Shown one piece after another: positions 52,167 through 64,000 of a stretch of DNA of 64,000 bases. Made by a program: the position numbers and the translations under genes. The notes under the pieces are model-generated. The model was not told the DNA's origin. It saw nothing but the letters and a program-made list of their open reading frames with translations, and ran no database searches. The stretch's first letter is position 1; the number at the start of each line of letters is the position of its first letter. The stretch spans positions 4,862,137 through 4,926,136 of the forward strand of contig CM082595.2 in NCBI GenBank assembly GCA_040954595.2. The letters run 5' to 3'. The DNA comes from Balanoglossus misakiensis (Eukaryota; Animalia; Hemichordata).

Positions 52167-55100
52167 ATGGGGTGCGGGCCAAGCCAGAATGCTGCGGCCG
52201 TCCCTGCCACGTCTAGACCCGCAAAGAGACAGCAACCGAACAGCAACACGAAAACCAGGTGAGATATACTATTACTAACATTTCCGTCGCTCATTCATTC
52301 ATTATCCAGCGAGAGTACACACGCCCCATCCCAGTTGACTAAATATATGAATGTAGGCCACGTTTTAGTTTCTGACACTTGCCTGACGGCATAGTAACAT
52401 AGTCAACATTTCATTAAGGTCATTGAAATAAGAAAGACCGCGTCATGTGAATACATTTCACATGAATTTTTTACTTGAGTGTAAGTTGCATTAAAAGAAA
52501 TATACATGATGTCGATACACGTGTGCCTTGGTGATTTTACGTCGTCATAATTGTGCGTGAAAGTGACAGCACTATAGGCCTGCACTTCCTTTATACGGCC
52601 GTGGATCTTAATATTTATACTGCTAAATCTAGTGCCAGTGCTAACCGAAATAGGTACATATATAGTATGTAAACTTCGATGTTACTGAAAACGATAAATT
52701 TCCTCGTGTAAACACATAGTCAAAATCGATGACAGCTGACAACGATTGAGTAGCACCGCGGCGATCGAGCTGTCAGCCACCTGTCAATAGAACCCTAAGC
52801 TTATAGACCCAATAGATGGTCTATAGAAGAACCAAAGAAAAAAAAACTTTGATTGAAAAAATGTCGACTACGTACAAAGAAATCACCAGCAAAGGGGCAC
52901 AATTTCAATAAAACGAAGTCAATATTTAGTTGTCCGCTATGTCACTGCTAAAACTGTGCGAACGCGTTTTGTTTGCAGTGAAAATGACAATGGTTAACGG
53001 TTCACCTGTATACAAAGGAAAGTAAAAACAAACAATGCATTGATTAGTTCCGCGTCATTATTGTTACCGTTGTGCCGTTTTAGTCTGACCGACTTTAATT
53101 ATCTAGAAGCACTCTGTAATAAAGTCATCGAGTCTAAATGCGCCAACAGTGACAGATAAAAAGTGCTAGTTTGAAGTTTAGTGTCACTATTATATTTATA
53201 TTAATTAAGATATGTCAACATACAAGTGGAGCAAGGCGTTCATACTGTTGTCGCCACTGAAGGAAACTTGTTATGTAACAACTGAAGTGAAACTGAAAAC
53301 AAACCTCTCGCTTGTCCGTTTCAGCCCTGGTATAAACAATGGCACAGTCGATGCCAGACAGAGAAATATCGGAGAAGACCTCAGACTGATTCTTGAAGGA
53401 GACATGACCAAGAAATGCCCATCCAATGCAAAGATTGTACGAATATTTACGAGTTCAACATTTACAGGTACTGACACTATATTTTCTTCACTTTCTCTCA
53501 AAAAAGTAAACAACTTAAATTCTTAGTTTTTATATGCATCTTTATCACACTCCACATCACGGTGTTACGTGGAATTCAACCAACGGTAAGAACTCGCATC
53601 ATAGGTGACGAAAAATAGCAATATCACAAAGAATATAACAGTCTATACAAAAAAAGATGTCTACGCGCCCACTAATACTTGCGTTTGCAATCTTTCTTTT
53701 CTTTGCGCAGACACACAGCATGAACGTAACGCCCTCATGGAGAGAGTTTATCCCAAACTGAAGAAATTCTGCCAGGAGCGGGGATATGAATTCCAGGTCG
53801 TTGATATGAGATGGGGAGTCCGGGACGAGGCCACAGACGATCACATGACCACCGAGCTCTGTCTCCGGGAAGTTGAAGCTTGCCAGAAAGTTTCGACAGG
53901 CCCAAACTTCGTTGTAAGTACGATATGAGTATACCGTTTACCTAACTCGATGAGACCACACGAGATTTCGCGTGACTAGGCAATATGGAAGTACAGTACA
54001 TTCCTATGTGACACAGGACAATTACAAACATCACATCGCCCATCATGTTAAACGTCACAAAAGTTGCAGGCCTGTTCTAGCTTCATACAAAGCTTGAATT
54101 GTATTAGTTGATTTCGTTGCTACGAATATCAACCAAGTCTCGCGAAATAAATGTACAATAAAAACATTGCCAATTAACATACATTTTTCCACATTGTCAC
54201 ATTTAGTGAAATACCAGTCTGATAACAAAATAGGCTGAATTAATTTCTATTCTTTCTGTGAACTTCTTCAGACGTTCCTGTCAGAGAAATATGGCTACAT
54301 GCCTCTGCCACGAAAGATACCAGATGATGAGATGCGGTTAATGTACCCAGAATTTGGTTCAGGCGAAAAATCACTCATAGAGAGGTAAGAGTATCTTACG
54401 TACTTTGTGCATTTAGGTCTACACAACCAATTGCTTCGTGTAGTAGTGTATTTTGGGCAGTACGAAATAATTGTCTCTCGTCACATTATATTCTTGACAT
54501 CTACGATATCTATGCTTACATTAAATCTCAAAGACTTTAGCGGGTAACGGCGATCACATGATATACATGTACAAGTCATGTTGTTCAAACAGCAGGCGTC
54601 TATTAAAATACAGTCAAACCTCTCTATAGTGTCCAGTCAAGGGACTTTCCTAAACTGGCCTTTATATACAGGTAGCCTTATATAGAGGTTAATTAATACA
54701 CATGTGAATTGCAGAGAGACTGCTACAAAGTGGCCACTATATAGAGGTGACCGCTATATAGGGGGGGGTGGCCACTAACTGAGGTTTGACTGTGTACCTC
54801 AGAAACGTCAGAAACTTATAGCATGTGATTTAAATCAGGCAACATCAGCCGTATGTGAAACATGCAACCAGAGAGGGAGGGGCGAATGGATGGATGGATA
54901 TAGCAGGTGTAGGCGTGTGCATGAATATACACGTGCTCAATCAGCAACACTTGTATTATGGTAATTAACCGGGACATCATTTGTGTTTAACTTTCTGCCC
55001 TCAGCTGGTACAAGATGGATGAAAATGAAATACCCACAGTGTACGTGTTACAAGCCGTCAGCACAAACTTGCCCGGATACAAGTCGGAAGACGTCGACCA

Positions 55101-58100
55101 ACGGGAGACCGCCAAGTCGAAATGGTGGGACACAATGTCGAAAATGCGCGAAATGATCGTCAAGGCTGCCGAGAAAGTTTTGGAACAATCAGCGCTTGTG
55201 AAGTACAAACACTCAGGTATTACTAAGAATAAATTTCAACGGGACAGATCGATGATTTTCCAATTTTCAAAATTATGTCCCATAGTGGACTAATACAGCT
55301 AATAAACAAACAAAAACATCCATTTTATTTTATTATACTTGAGACAACTTCTGACGATCTGAAATTTCCATAAAACTATCACTCCTCCATCATTTCAACA
55401 TGTTTACTTTAACAGCTGCGTTCGTGGTTTTCAGGAAAGGAGCCTGACTATTTCTTGTTCTTGAAACGTATTCCGAGTCAGGGACAATTGTGTCTGTTTG
55501 TTGCCAGTTCAACTATCACAGAAATAGTTCCAAAACAAATACTGTAAAACACCTTATTTTCACGAGTTAAATTTTTCGCGATATCGAGAGAGGCCTCTGT
55601 TTCGCGTGTATTAATTTTCGCGTTCTCTTATATCATTCACTGCATCGTTATCTTCAAAAACAATTTACGCGACTTTTTATTTTCACGCTATTTTGGCTCT
55701 CGCGTATTTCGCGAAAATTAATTGCTCGCGAAAATAAAGTGTTTTACAGTACACGCCATGACTCTGTTTTTTTTTACACAGTAACGGCGCTGGAAATCGA
55801 GAAGGGGATCCTGGGACCGCACGGCCACCAAGCAGGAACTTTCTGGTTCCACCGAATTCTCGAAAACATGGGCGAGGAAGACCAGAGCGACGTCAGGGCC
55901 GCGTTTGCGGAGAACTCGGACAGCGATGCCGGGGCATTGTTAGGGTCACTGAAAGATAAACTTCAAAGTGTTGTCCCGGGTGATAATATTGTGACGTATA
56001 ATGTGGAATGGACAGATACAGGTGAGATTATCATTTATACTATAACACTTAGGACAGTACACTAGTACATACATATATACCGGTACATAAATACATACAT
56101 ACATACATACATACATACATACATACATACATACATACATACATACATACATACATACATACATACATACATACATACATACATACATACATACATACAT
56201 ACATACATACATACATACATACATACATACATACATACATACATTGACATAAAATTCAAGAAATCCTTAAGTTAACTTAAGTTCATGAGATAGTTTTGCT
56301 TCGAATGATTTTCTTTATAAAGGAGTGAATCCCGATGATGTCGAGGATCATCGGAAATACATCGATAAGCTCTGCGGAGACTTTGAGACGAGTATAAGAA
56401 ATCAAATCTTGGCGGGTATAACTGAGCATGCGCAAAGCGACATTTTCGACCCACTCGTCGAGGAAGTCATTCAGCACGTCGGGTTTTCTCAGTCGAAATG
56501 TGAATTGTTCCACGGACGGGAAGAAACAATTCAGGTATGTGGAAAAATATCCTTAATATCTTTAAATTGTAAACATAATATGAAACTTCACCAAACGCAT
56601 ACTTTGTGGTCTTTTGTACATAAATTATTTCACCAAGGAATTTGCATATGGGAGATGAAAATAACCAAAGCTCTGATAATCAGTGGAATGATTTTTGAAA
56701 AGCAGAGGTTACGTTTTCTTTTGCAAAACACATAACCATGCAAAATGTATTAAAACGACTTCTTGTTTTCGTATTTTCTGCAGCTAATCGAAGATTACAT
56801 CAGAAATGTGACCACGTCACCGCTTGTCGTCCACGGGCCGTCTGGATCCGGCAAGACCTCCGTGGTAGCCATGGCAGCCAAGATGGCGCGCGAATGGTTG
56901 TCGGACGACGCGGCGGTGATTCTCCGCTTCCTGGGAACCACGCCCGACAGCTCCAACGTCCGTCGAGTGTTGTACAGTGTGGTGCAGCAGATAAACAAAG
57001 TCTATAGGGACGACACTAAAGTACCCGAGGTGAGACACAGTGTAGACACTGCGATGAAATTCACCCCAGTTTTTCGGGCGCAATATGTGCTGTTTAATTA
57101 AGTGTCCCCTCGACTTTTCCCTTGGTGTCACACACACCCGTCCATATTAGATTCGACCCCTTCCCACGTCAGCTCCCACTCAGTAAGTTTATATAAACCT
57201 GGATTTTGGCCGACACAGTAAAAGATGAATGCAAATTAATGGTTTTATTTTAAATTTACCGTACCTATAGATAATACATGTACTACTCAGTACTTTATTA
57301 CTCAGTTAAGCTATAGCTAGCATTACTAAGAGTGTTTTTTAACACTGACTGTAACCTTTAAAACTAAAACAAAACAAGTATTATCACGACATCTGATTTC
57401 ACGAAATTAAAATACAGGTGGTTTAATACGAACATATTACGATGTTCACTGATTATTGTGATACACCCGTATTTTGAAACAGGACATGAAGCTACTGATT
57501 AGAAGTTTGCGTGAAAACCTCCTGAAGGCCACAGCAGAACGCCCTCTGGTGATTCTACTGGACTCTCTGGATCAGCTGGACCCAGATGACGGAGCGCGTC
57601 AGTTGTCATGGTTACCAACCGACTTGCCGGCTCACGTGAAGATCATTCTGTCAACACTTCCCGAGGACGAGTACGAATATTATCCGAGATTAAGGGTGGG
57701 TTTAATTATTTGGATTTTTTCTTTATTCTTTGTTTTTTTTTCTAGGGTGTTGTTTGGAACACGTACGAACACTAAGCTTACAATTATTTTTGAAACACTA
57801 TCAGTTCATCATCAAACTGCCAACAGTTTAATGATGACATTAATCGACGTTATTTGGTCGACTTTTGAGTTGAAATCGGCTGGCCTAAAATATACCACCA
57901 GACAGTATCACCTTGTGGGTGGGTGGTTAGAGAAAAGAGTTTTGAATTTGTTTGCATGCCAACCTGAAGCTCCTTGTTTGGTAGTACTTCAAGCATGTAC
58001 TTTACTTCCTTTCGTGGGTTTGGTTGTACCGTATGGTAGTACAAACTTCCCTCGCAGACAATTCCTGTCAGATTTCCAGATGTCTATACATTACTGATAA

Positions 58101-61100
58101 AAATCTTTCATCTGTACACTAGAGCATCCTACCAGACGATCAAAGTTTTGTGGCCGTGCCAAAACTAGCACAGAAAGACACCCAAGAGATTCTCGACCAG
58201 TGGCTCGCCGACCAGAATCGACGACTGTCCGAAACACAGATGGAGACAGTTGTCTCGGCGTGTCGGCAGTGCCCACTCCCGTTGTTTCTCAAGATCTCCT
58301 TCGACGAGGCGTGTCGCTGGTACTCCTACAGCAAACCGGAGGAGACTCACTTGAAGATCACCGTCCGCGACGCCATCATCGATTTGTTTGAGAGAGTCGA
58401 GAGGAACCACGGGAAAGTGTTGGTCAGTCGTGCCCTGGGGTATATGACAACAGGTATGTGGTATTAAACATCCAGGAATCAATCGCTCGGGTCGGGCAGC
58501 TCCCATTGTATGTAGCTTCCCAGCAACGAAATCCTTAAAAGTGTGGCTACTTTTTCGTCATGTTTTATTGCGAATGAATGAAGAAGCAATATCTGGCAAT
58601 TAGGAAGAATGGCATAGTGTGTTGTCGCGCCCAAATCATGTCACATTTACTTGAAGCCATAACATAGACGAGCCACTTATAGGCATATGGCCTGTTTGAA
58701 ATGACATCGACTAGGTGCAAGGGGAGTTGAAAAGTCTCTTGTGATGTTAAATTAAAATTCTAACTGGTACTTCAATATTTTTGACAATTTATAGGAAAGA
58801 ATGGAGTTACTGAAAATGAACTAGAAGACATCCTCTCTCTCGACGACGACGTACTGAATGACGTCTACCAGTACTGGACCCCGCCCATTCGTCGCTTGCC
58901 CCCGTTGCTATGGGTGCGAATCCGGGCCGAGCTGTCGCCATATTTGGTGGATCGAGGGGCCGACGGGGCACGGGTCATCAATTGGTACCACCGACAGTTC
59001 ATTGAGGCCGCGGCGGACAGGTATGTCGGCGATGAGAAGACGAAGGTTGGCCTGCATGCAGTGTTGGCCGAATACTTCATCGGAACGTGGGCGAACGGTG
59101 AGACGATGTCACGCTAACTCAAGACTGGGTCCAAATATAGTGTATTAATGAAGAATGTTTTAACACTAACCTCGCTACCCATTCCAATTTTCTTGATTAT
59201 CAAATGAACGGTCACGTCCAAAAGTCATGGCTACTTATTTAAGCACCATTTAACCAGACTACCCTTGGGGCAGAATTCTCCCATCCCCAAATCTAACAGA
59301 AATACGGTAAATGAAAACACGGTATCGTACTCGAAGCACAGTCTGGGTAAACGATACTCAGTACAACTTGGTCAATCTGTATGGAACTTAATTTATTTTG
59401 CTGGACGTCAAAATATAATGATTTTGTTTAAACAAACATCCTTTTTTGTTTACAGGTGTCAAGAAGCCATACGTCAGCAAAGGCGGTGAGAAGGGAGAAA
59501 GTGACCGCTTGGTGGCGGCCCAGCCGATGCTGTTTGAGGAACATTCCTACAATCTGCGCAAACTCAATGAGCTGCCATACCACCTGATGGAGAGCAACCA
59601 ATTGCAGGTCTTGAAAGACACTGCGCTGTGTAACTTAGAGTGGCTGGGCACAAAGATGAAAGGCACATCTTTAAGGTAATTGGAGCTGAAAATGGTCAAT
59701 ATCGCTAAGGACTCGTCGTGCATAGATTTAGACAAGTTAAGGCCCAATTTTAGCACATACATGTAAGTTATATTTGTTAACATTTCCATGTTAAGTTTCT
59801 GGCACCTGTGCTATGCCAGTGTTTACTCTCTGCAAATACAGGGGATTAGCCCACAGAATCTCTGTCTGTCCACACACTAAACTTTTGGACGTTGTTTTGA
59901 TCTGTATCAAATCATAACCATGGAAGGAGTCTGGTCATTGAAATTTCCCAAATCAAGTACCTAATCCTAAGCCTGGTACAACACATGCACACGATCACGA
60001 CGAAATCTAACCCACATTTCACACCTTCGTTGCCTTCATTCAGGAATGTATTAGAAGACTTTGCAGCAGCATCCAACAAGTATCCAAAAGACGAAGAAAT
60101 AAAGTCGGTATTCCAGTTAATACGACTGTCCCAGGATGCACTGACTAATGACCCTGCGCAGTTAGCATCGCAGTTGCTCGCAAGGACATCAAAGGTCAGA
60201 ATAAAATCTTTAATTAAAAAATCGGCAATTTTTGATACTGTAAACTTGGGAAAATTCAGACTTGGGTTACGCCATCGGATTCGGCAGTTCTTTGTATTTT
60301 TTCTCCATTTATACAAAAATAAGTCACACTTTTTCATTTTTTTAACTATGCACATCAGACCAAAGGCATGGAAAAACTTCTGGAACAGGCGAAGAACCCT
60401 CCCTTCCCATGCCTTCTACCCTCAGTCCCCTTCATGACACCCCCAGGCGGTCAGCTGTTGAACACCTTGGCCGGGCATGGAGAAATGATCAACTCTCTGG
60501 ACATAACTGCAGACGGAAGCATGATTATATCAGGTGGGGTTTTCTATCACTTTAGAGCATCCGTCAGCCTTTTCTAATATTACAATGATTGATCGTTTCT
60601 GTTTTTTTTTGAAAATCTTTATTTGGAATATAAATTGAATTCTGAAAACTAACAAACACACTTAATTTATACTCGTAATCGAAATTTGTCATTTTAACTT
60701 ACGTTATCATCTTACCAAAAATGTTATCACCGCCATAGCTAGAGTAGCTAAAGTGTTTTGAACATATGAACTGACTTGTAAAATCCCCTAAATGCTTATA
60801 AATGTGAATTTAGGTGAATAAAAGTGTGGATGTCGATATATTGCTTATAACTTTAATTTGTTTCGACAGGGGATGATAACCATACTTTTAAATTATGGGA
60901 TGTAGAGAGCGGATTTCTCATCAAAAGCGTCGATTCTGAAGAAGAGTTGAAGAAAGTCAGTTTCTGCAACGACGATAAACACTTCGCTGTGTCGTACGGG
61001 TCCACTATCAAGATCTTTCGATCGGACACCATTGCCGAAGTCCGAACGCTGACTCCGTACGGCGATGATCCGGACAGCGCCGACGGTGTTCAGTTCGCTC

Positions 61101-63729
61101 TGGCCGGGGCGAAGAGGGAGAAGATCGTGGTGCCGTGCCAGCGCAAGGTGGTGGTGTACGACGTGGCGACGGGAACCCGCGTGGGCAGCTACGTGGACCT
61201 GAAGCTGCTGCGGGAGTACTACGAGGACGCGTACATCGACGCCCGGGGGGACATCGTCGCCTACTACAACGAGAACCTGGAGAAAAGGTGGAACATGGTG
61301 GGTGTGATCAACTTAGCCGCGGACGACCGCAAGGCGGGCATCGTCGAGGTCTACCCGGATGTCACCATCGACGAAGACGGCGACGAACAGCGCACGCAGG
61401 TCAACGCGCTGGCCGTCACGGGGGACAAACGAGTCGTCGCGTCGGAATACCAGGAAAACGACCTGAAAATCTACGACGCCGTCTCGCTGGAGTTGCTGCA
61501 GACGTTGAAGGGCAACAAGAGTGACTTCAGCCAGTATTTCTACGTCAGTCAGGACGACCGGTACCTGGTGTTCCCGAACAGCACCAGCGTCTGCGTCTGG
61601 GACCTGCAGACGGCCGAGCGGGCCTACTTCGCCGAACACCCGAATTCCATCGAGAAGGTAGTCAGCGTGGACGGGAAGGCCATCGTCACGGCAGCCTCGG
61701 ACAACCTCATCCGGATATGGGACATCACACGGGCCGATTCCTCGAAGGACTTGCCGCGGAGGGACTGGGAATTCCACAAAGGCGCCAAAGGCGGGCGCAA
61801 AATTAAACCGAAGGTGGTTGAGAAGAAAAAAGACGGGAAGAAAGGCGGCGAAGAGGAAGACAACGAGGAGAAAATCATTGACCTTCTCACAATACCGAAT
61901 CAAGGAAGAAATGTCATATCGCTGAGCAAACAAGGAAAGCTGTACGCCGCCACAATCTGGGACTGCAGCTCGATGAAACCGCTTCTCCGATTGGCCGAAA
62001 CTGCCGTCGGATCAAACCGTAAATTTGATTGGCAGATTATAGACCACCACCTGGCCATAAGTATGATAAACCGCAGAATAAAACTTATAGACTACACCAC
62101 TGGAGAAATTGTGCGAGTTTTCAAGGGGAAGTTGAGCTACAGTGACCAGTACATAGTCAACGACAGAACAGAAGTTGTGACCGCGACCAGGCACAGTAGA
62201 AACCTGAAAATATACGACATCGCCACGGGCAACGTCGTTCACATCCTCCGCCACAGCGAGGAGAAGAAGACCAGAGAATCGACCGCAGTTGAAGACTACA
62301 AAGCGAAATCCGACGGCGACGCTCGCCTGGTCGTTTCGAAGCTAGAAGAGGACGAGCAGCATTTGTACGTCTGGGACATTCCGAACCGGAAGCTGCGTCA
62401 TCGTCTCAATCTACCGATGAAAGAAGGCGTGGAAGACGAAGAGAAAGGGACTCTGGATCTGATGGAGTTTGGCATCTCAAGCGACGAGCATTTCTTATGT
62501 TGTAATGTGTACTACAAAGACGAATCAGTCACACCTAGTCCAGGAGTATGGGACCTCAATACTGGTAGGATCCTTCATACGTTGTCAAGCGAAATGCTTT
62601 AATACAGTATTCCTTCTAAGATCATTGTTGTCATCATACGACTAAACAAATTCACTTAGACAAATTGATGCTTGATATTATTGGTGATATAACTAGCTGC
62701 ATGCATTCATTTTTATCAGACGTGTTTATTCGATTTCGATTCGCGAAAATTATAACGACTATTTTGGTGAGAGACAAGAAATTTCAACATGCATATCTAC
62801 GGTACTGCATCATGTTTTGTAATTGATTTTGTGAAAGAATTACTGGGTTTTGTGAGAGGGATATATATATACGTTATATTGCAGTGTTCCCTTTCTGTCT
62901 ATGCCAATATCTATTTATCAGTATGCCAAATTTAGAATAAATATGAAACAGAATTTTGAAATATCATTGCATTAACACACATTCTTTATCTGTTACAGGC
63001 CAATACCTGTATACACTTTCACACGAGTTGGCAGGCTCAGTCAACGCCATGAAGGCGGTTGGGACTGACAAATTATTGACAAGTTACTATGACAACACCA
63101 AGGCGATTTGGATGTGGAGTTTGTTAACAGGTAGACGACAGTGGTTATCTGATTTTGTCGGTTTCATTAATGGTCATCATCACCACTCAAACTAAATTGA
63201 GTATGCTGAGTTTATATGGTTTCTTTTCTCTCACAAGGGGAGCCACTGATAAAACTACCGGGTCACCGAAGACTTGAAGTCGACAAGTTGCTCGTTTCCG
63301 ACGACGAACGTCGCCTTCTGTCGTACACCAGCGGTTCTGAAGAAAGGGAATTCATAGTGTGGGACTTAGTCAAAGGGGAAAGACTGGCTGGTTTTACGCT
63401 GGAGGAGGTAATACCTATGGCCGTGATAGGTGCCATGTTGAATGTTAGCTTGTCGGATTTACAAACGCACCAGAGCCAAAAACTATTAGAAAATGTGTCC
63501 ACGAATGACACAATTAAGTGGTACATTTGTACACATTTTAAACACCCGTATCAGTTTCTGATTTTTTTTATTCCTGTGCAGACAAATGACATTCAATTTG
63601 CATGCGGTGGTGACGTCATTGTTGTAGTAGCCAATAGCATCGGATCTATCGTCACTTTCACCTTAAATGGACCTGGTATTGAAAAAGTGCTGACACCTTT
63701 GAATGGGCCGCAAGTTTATAAAGATTCAG
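52167..63729 (+). CDS. NACHT and WD-repeat domain protein, NWD1/NWD2-like STAND NTPase (DUF4062-like + NACHT + WD40), at least 1666 aa, 3' end unresolved
   Basis: Exons: 52167-52258, 53325-53467, 53711-53913, 54272-54384, 55005-55216, 55782-56021, 56323-56534, 56784-57029, 57483-57695, 58123-58453, 58795-59097, 59456-59675, 60044-60194, 60359-60533, 60870-62564, 62999-63130, 63238-63407, 63582-63729; all GT-AG with consistent phases. Motifs: VRIFTSSTFTD...ERNALME...FQVVDMRWGV; Walker A GPSGSGKT; Walker B LVILLDSLDQL; ELEDILSLDDDVL...RRLPPLLW; YNLRKLNELPYHL; WD repeats (GH...WD, TAASDNLIRIWD). Confidence 0.92.
54609..54794. mobile_element. MITE family A copy in an NWD intron
   Basis: TA-cagtcaaacctc...gaggtttgactg, a 12-bp TIR. 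Confidence 0.8.
55540..55751. mobile_element. TA-flanked MITE (family C) with CGCG-rich internal repeats
   Basis: TA-ctgtaaaacaccttattttcacgag...ctcgcgaaaataaagtgttttacag-TA inverted termini; internal tttcgcg motifs. Confidence 0.8.
56091..56243. repeat. (ATAC)n tetranucleotide microsatellite in an NWD intron
   Basis: About 38 perfect units. Confidence 0.97.
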
Positions 63730-64000
63730 GTATGAGTTGCCAAAGGAGGAATACATACATGTATTTGCCTTGTAATTGGTATGTTGTTAATTGTGTACTC
63801 TGGATGCTAAAACATTGGGTTCACTTTTGACCACACGTCAAACCTTTGAGTTACATGCATACGTTTCTATAGGATCTTGACTATGCCTTATTTTGTCTCA
63901 TTATTCGTTTACTGTGAGAAAACTACTGTATTTGCATCTTTGAGCTAGAGTCACGAGAAGTGAACGAATTTCTTTCTTTCATGACACACTTAAGCACATG

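Noticed and set aside
55946-56259. MYVC repeat ORFs
   Set aside because: Translations of the (ATAC)n microsatellite.
61135-61933. Overlapping 129-aa (+) and 206-aa (-) ORFs
   Set aside because: Alternative frames that stay open because of the GC-rich NWD exon 15.
52167-63729. Assigning the gene symbol NWD1 or NWD2
   Set aside because: The family is clear, but orthology cannot be resolved without a phylogeny.
63873-64000. Terminal exon of the NWD gene
   Set aside because: Two acceptors are phase-compatible (63873, giving GS-stop; 63948, open to the edge), and the sequence alone cannot discriminate between them.

Overview
Intron-rich animal genomic DNA (an invertebrate metazoan by inference; the species cannot be called from the sequence) with four protein-coding genes. 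(1) A minus-strand giant mucin-like gene: a signal-peptide exon at 29604-29709 is spliced in phase 1 to one exon of at least 21 kb (20994 to past the left edge). That exon holds about 205 in-frame 102-bp repeats encoding ATTTVAETTDAPSTQDTTVGATTTVPATTGFSTA. The 6788-aa Val-rich + strand ORF in the track is its antisense shadow. (2) A 4-exon, 184-aa type I membrane sialomucin-like gene (37796-35267, minus), mostly missed by the ORF track; its first two exons mirror those of the giant mucin. (3) A complete 21-exon CLC-6 (CLCN6) Cl-/H+ exchanger gene (38718-48233, plus), with one U12-type intron and a perfect DR4 element upstream. (4) An NWD1/NWD2-like DUF4062-NACHT-WD40 gene (52167 to at least 63729, plus) with an MGCxxS lipidation motif. 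Introns carry MITEs with TA or TTAA target sites, and microsatellites. All exon models were built by hand from splice signals and phase continuity; no database search was run.
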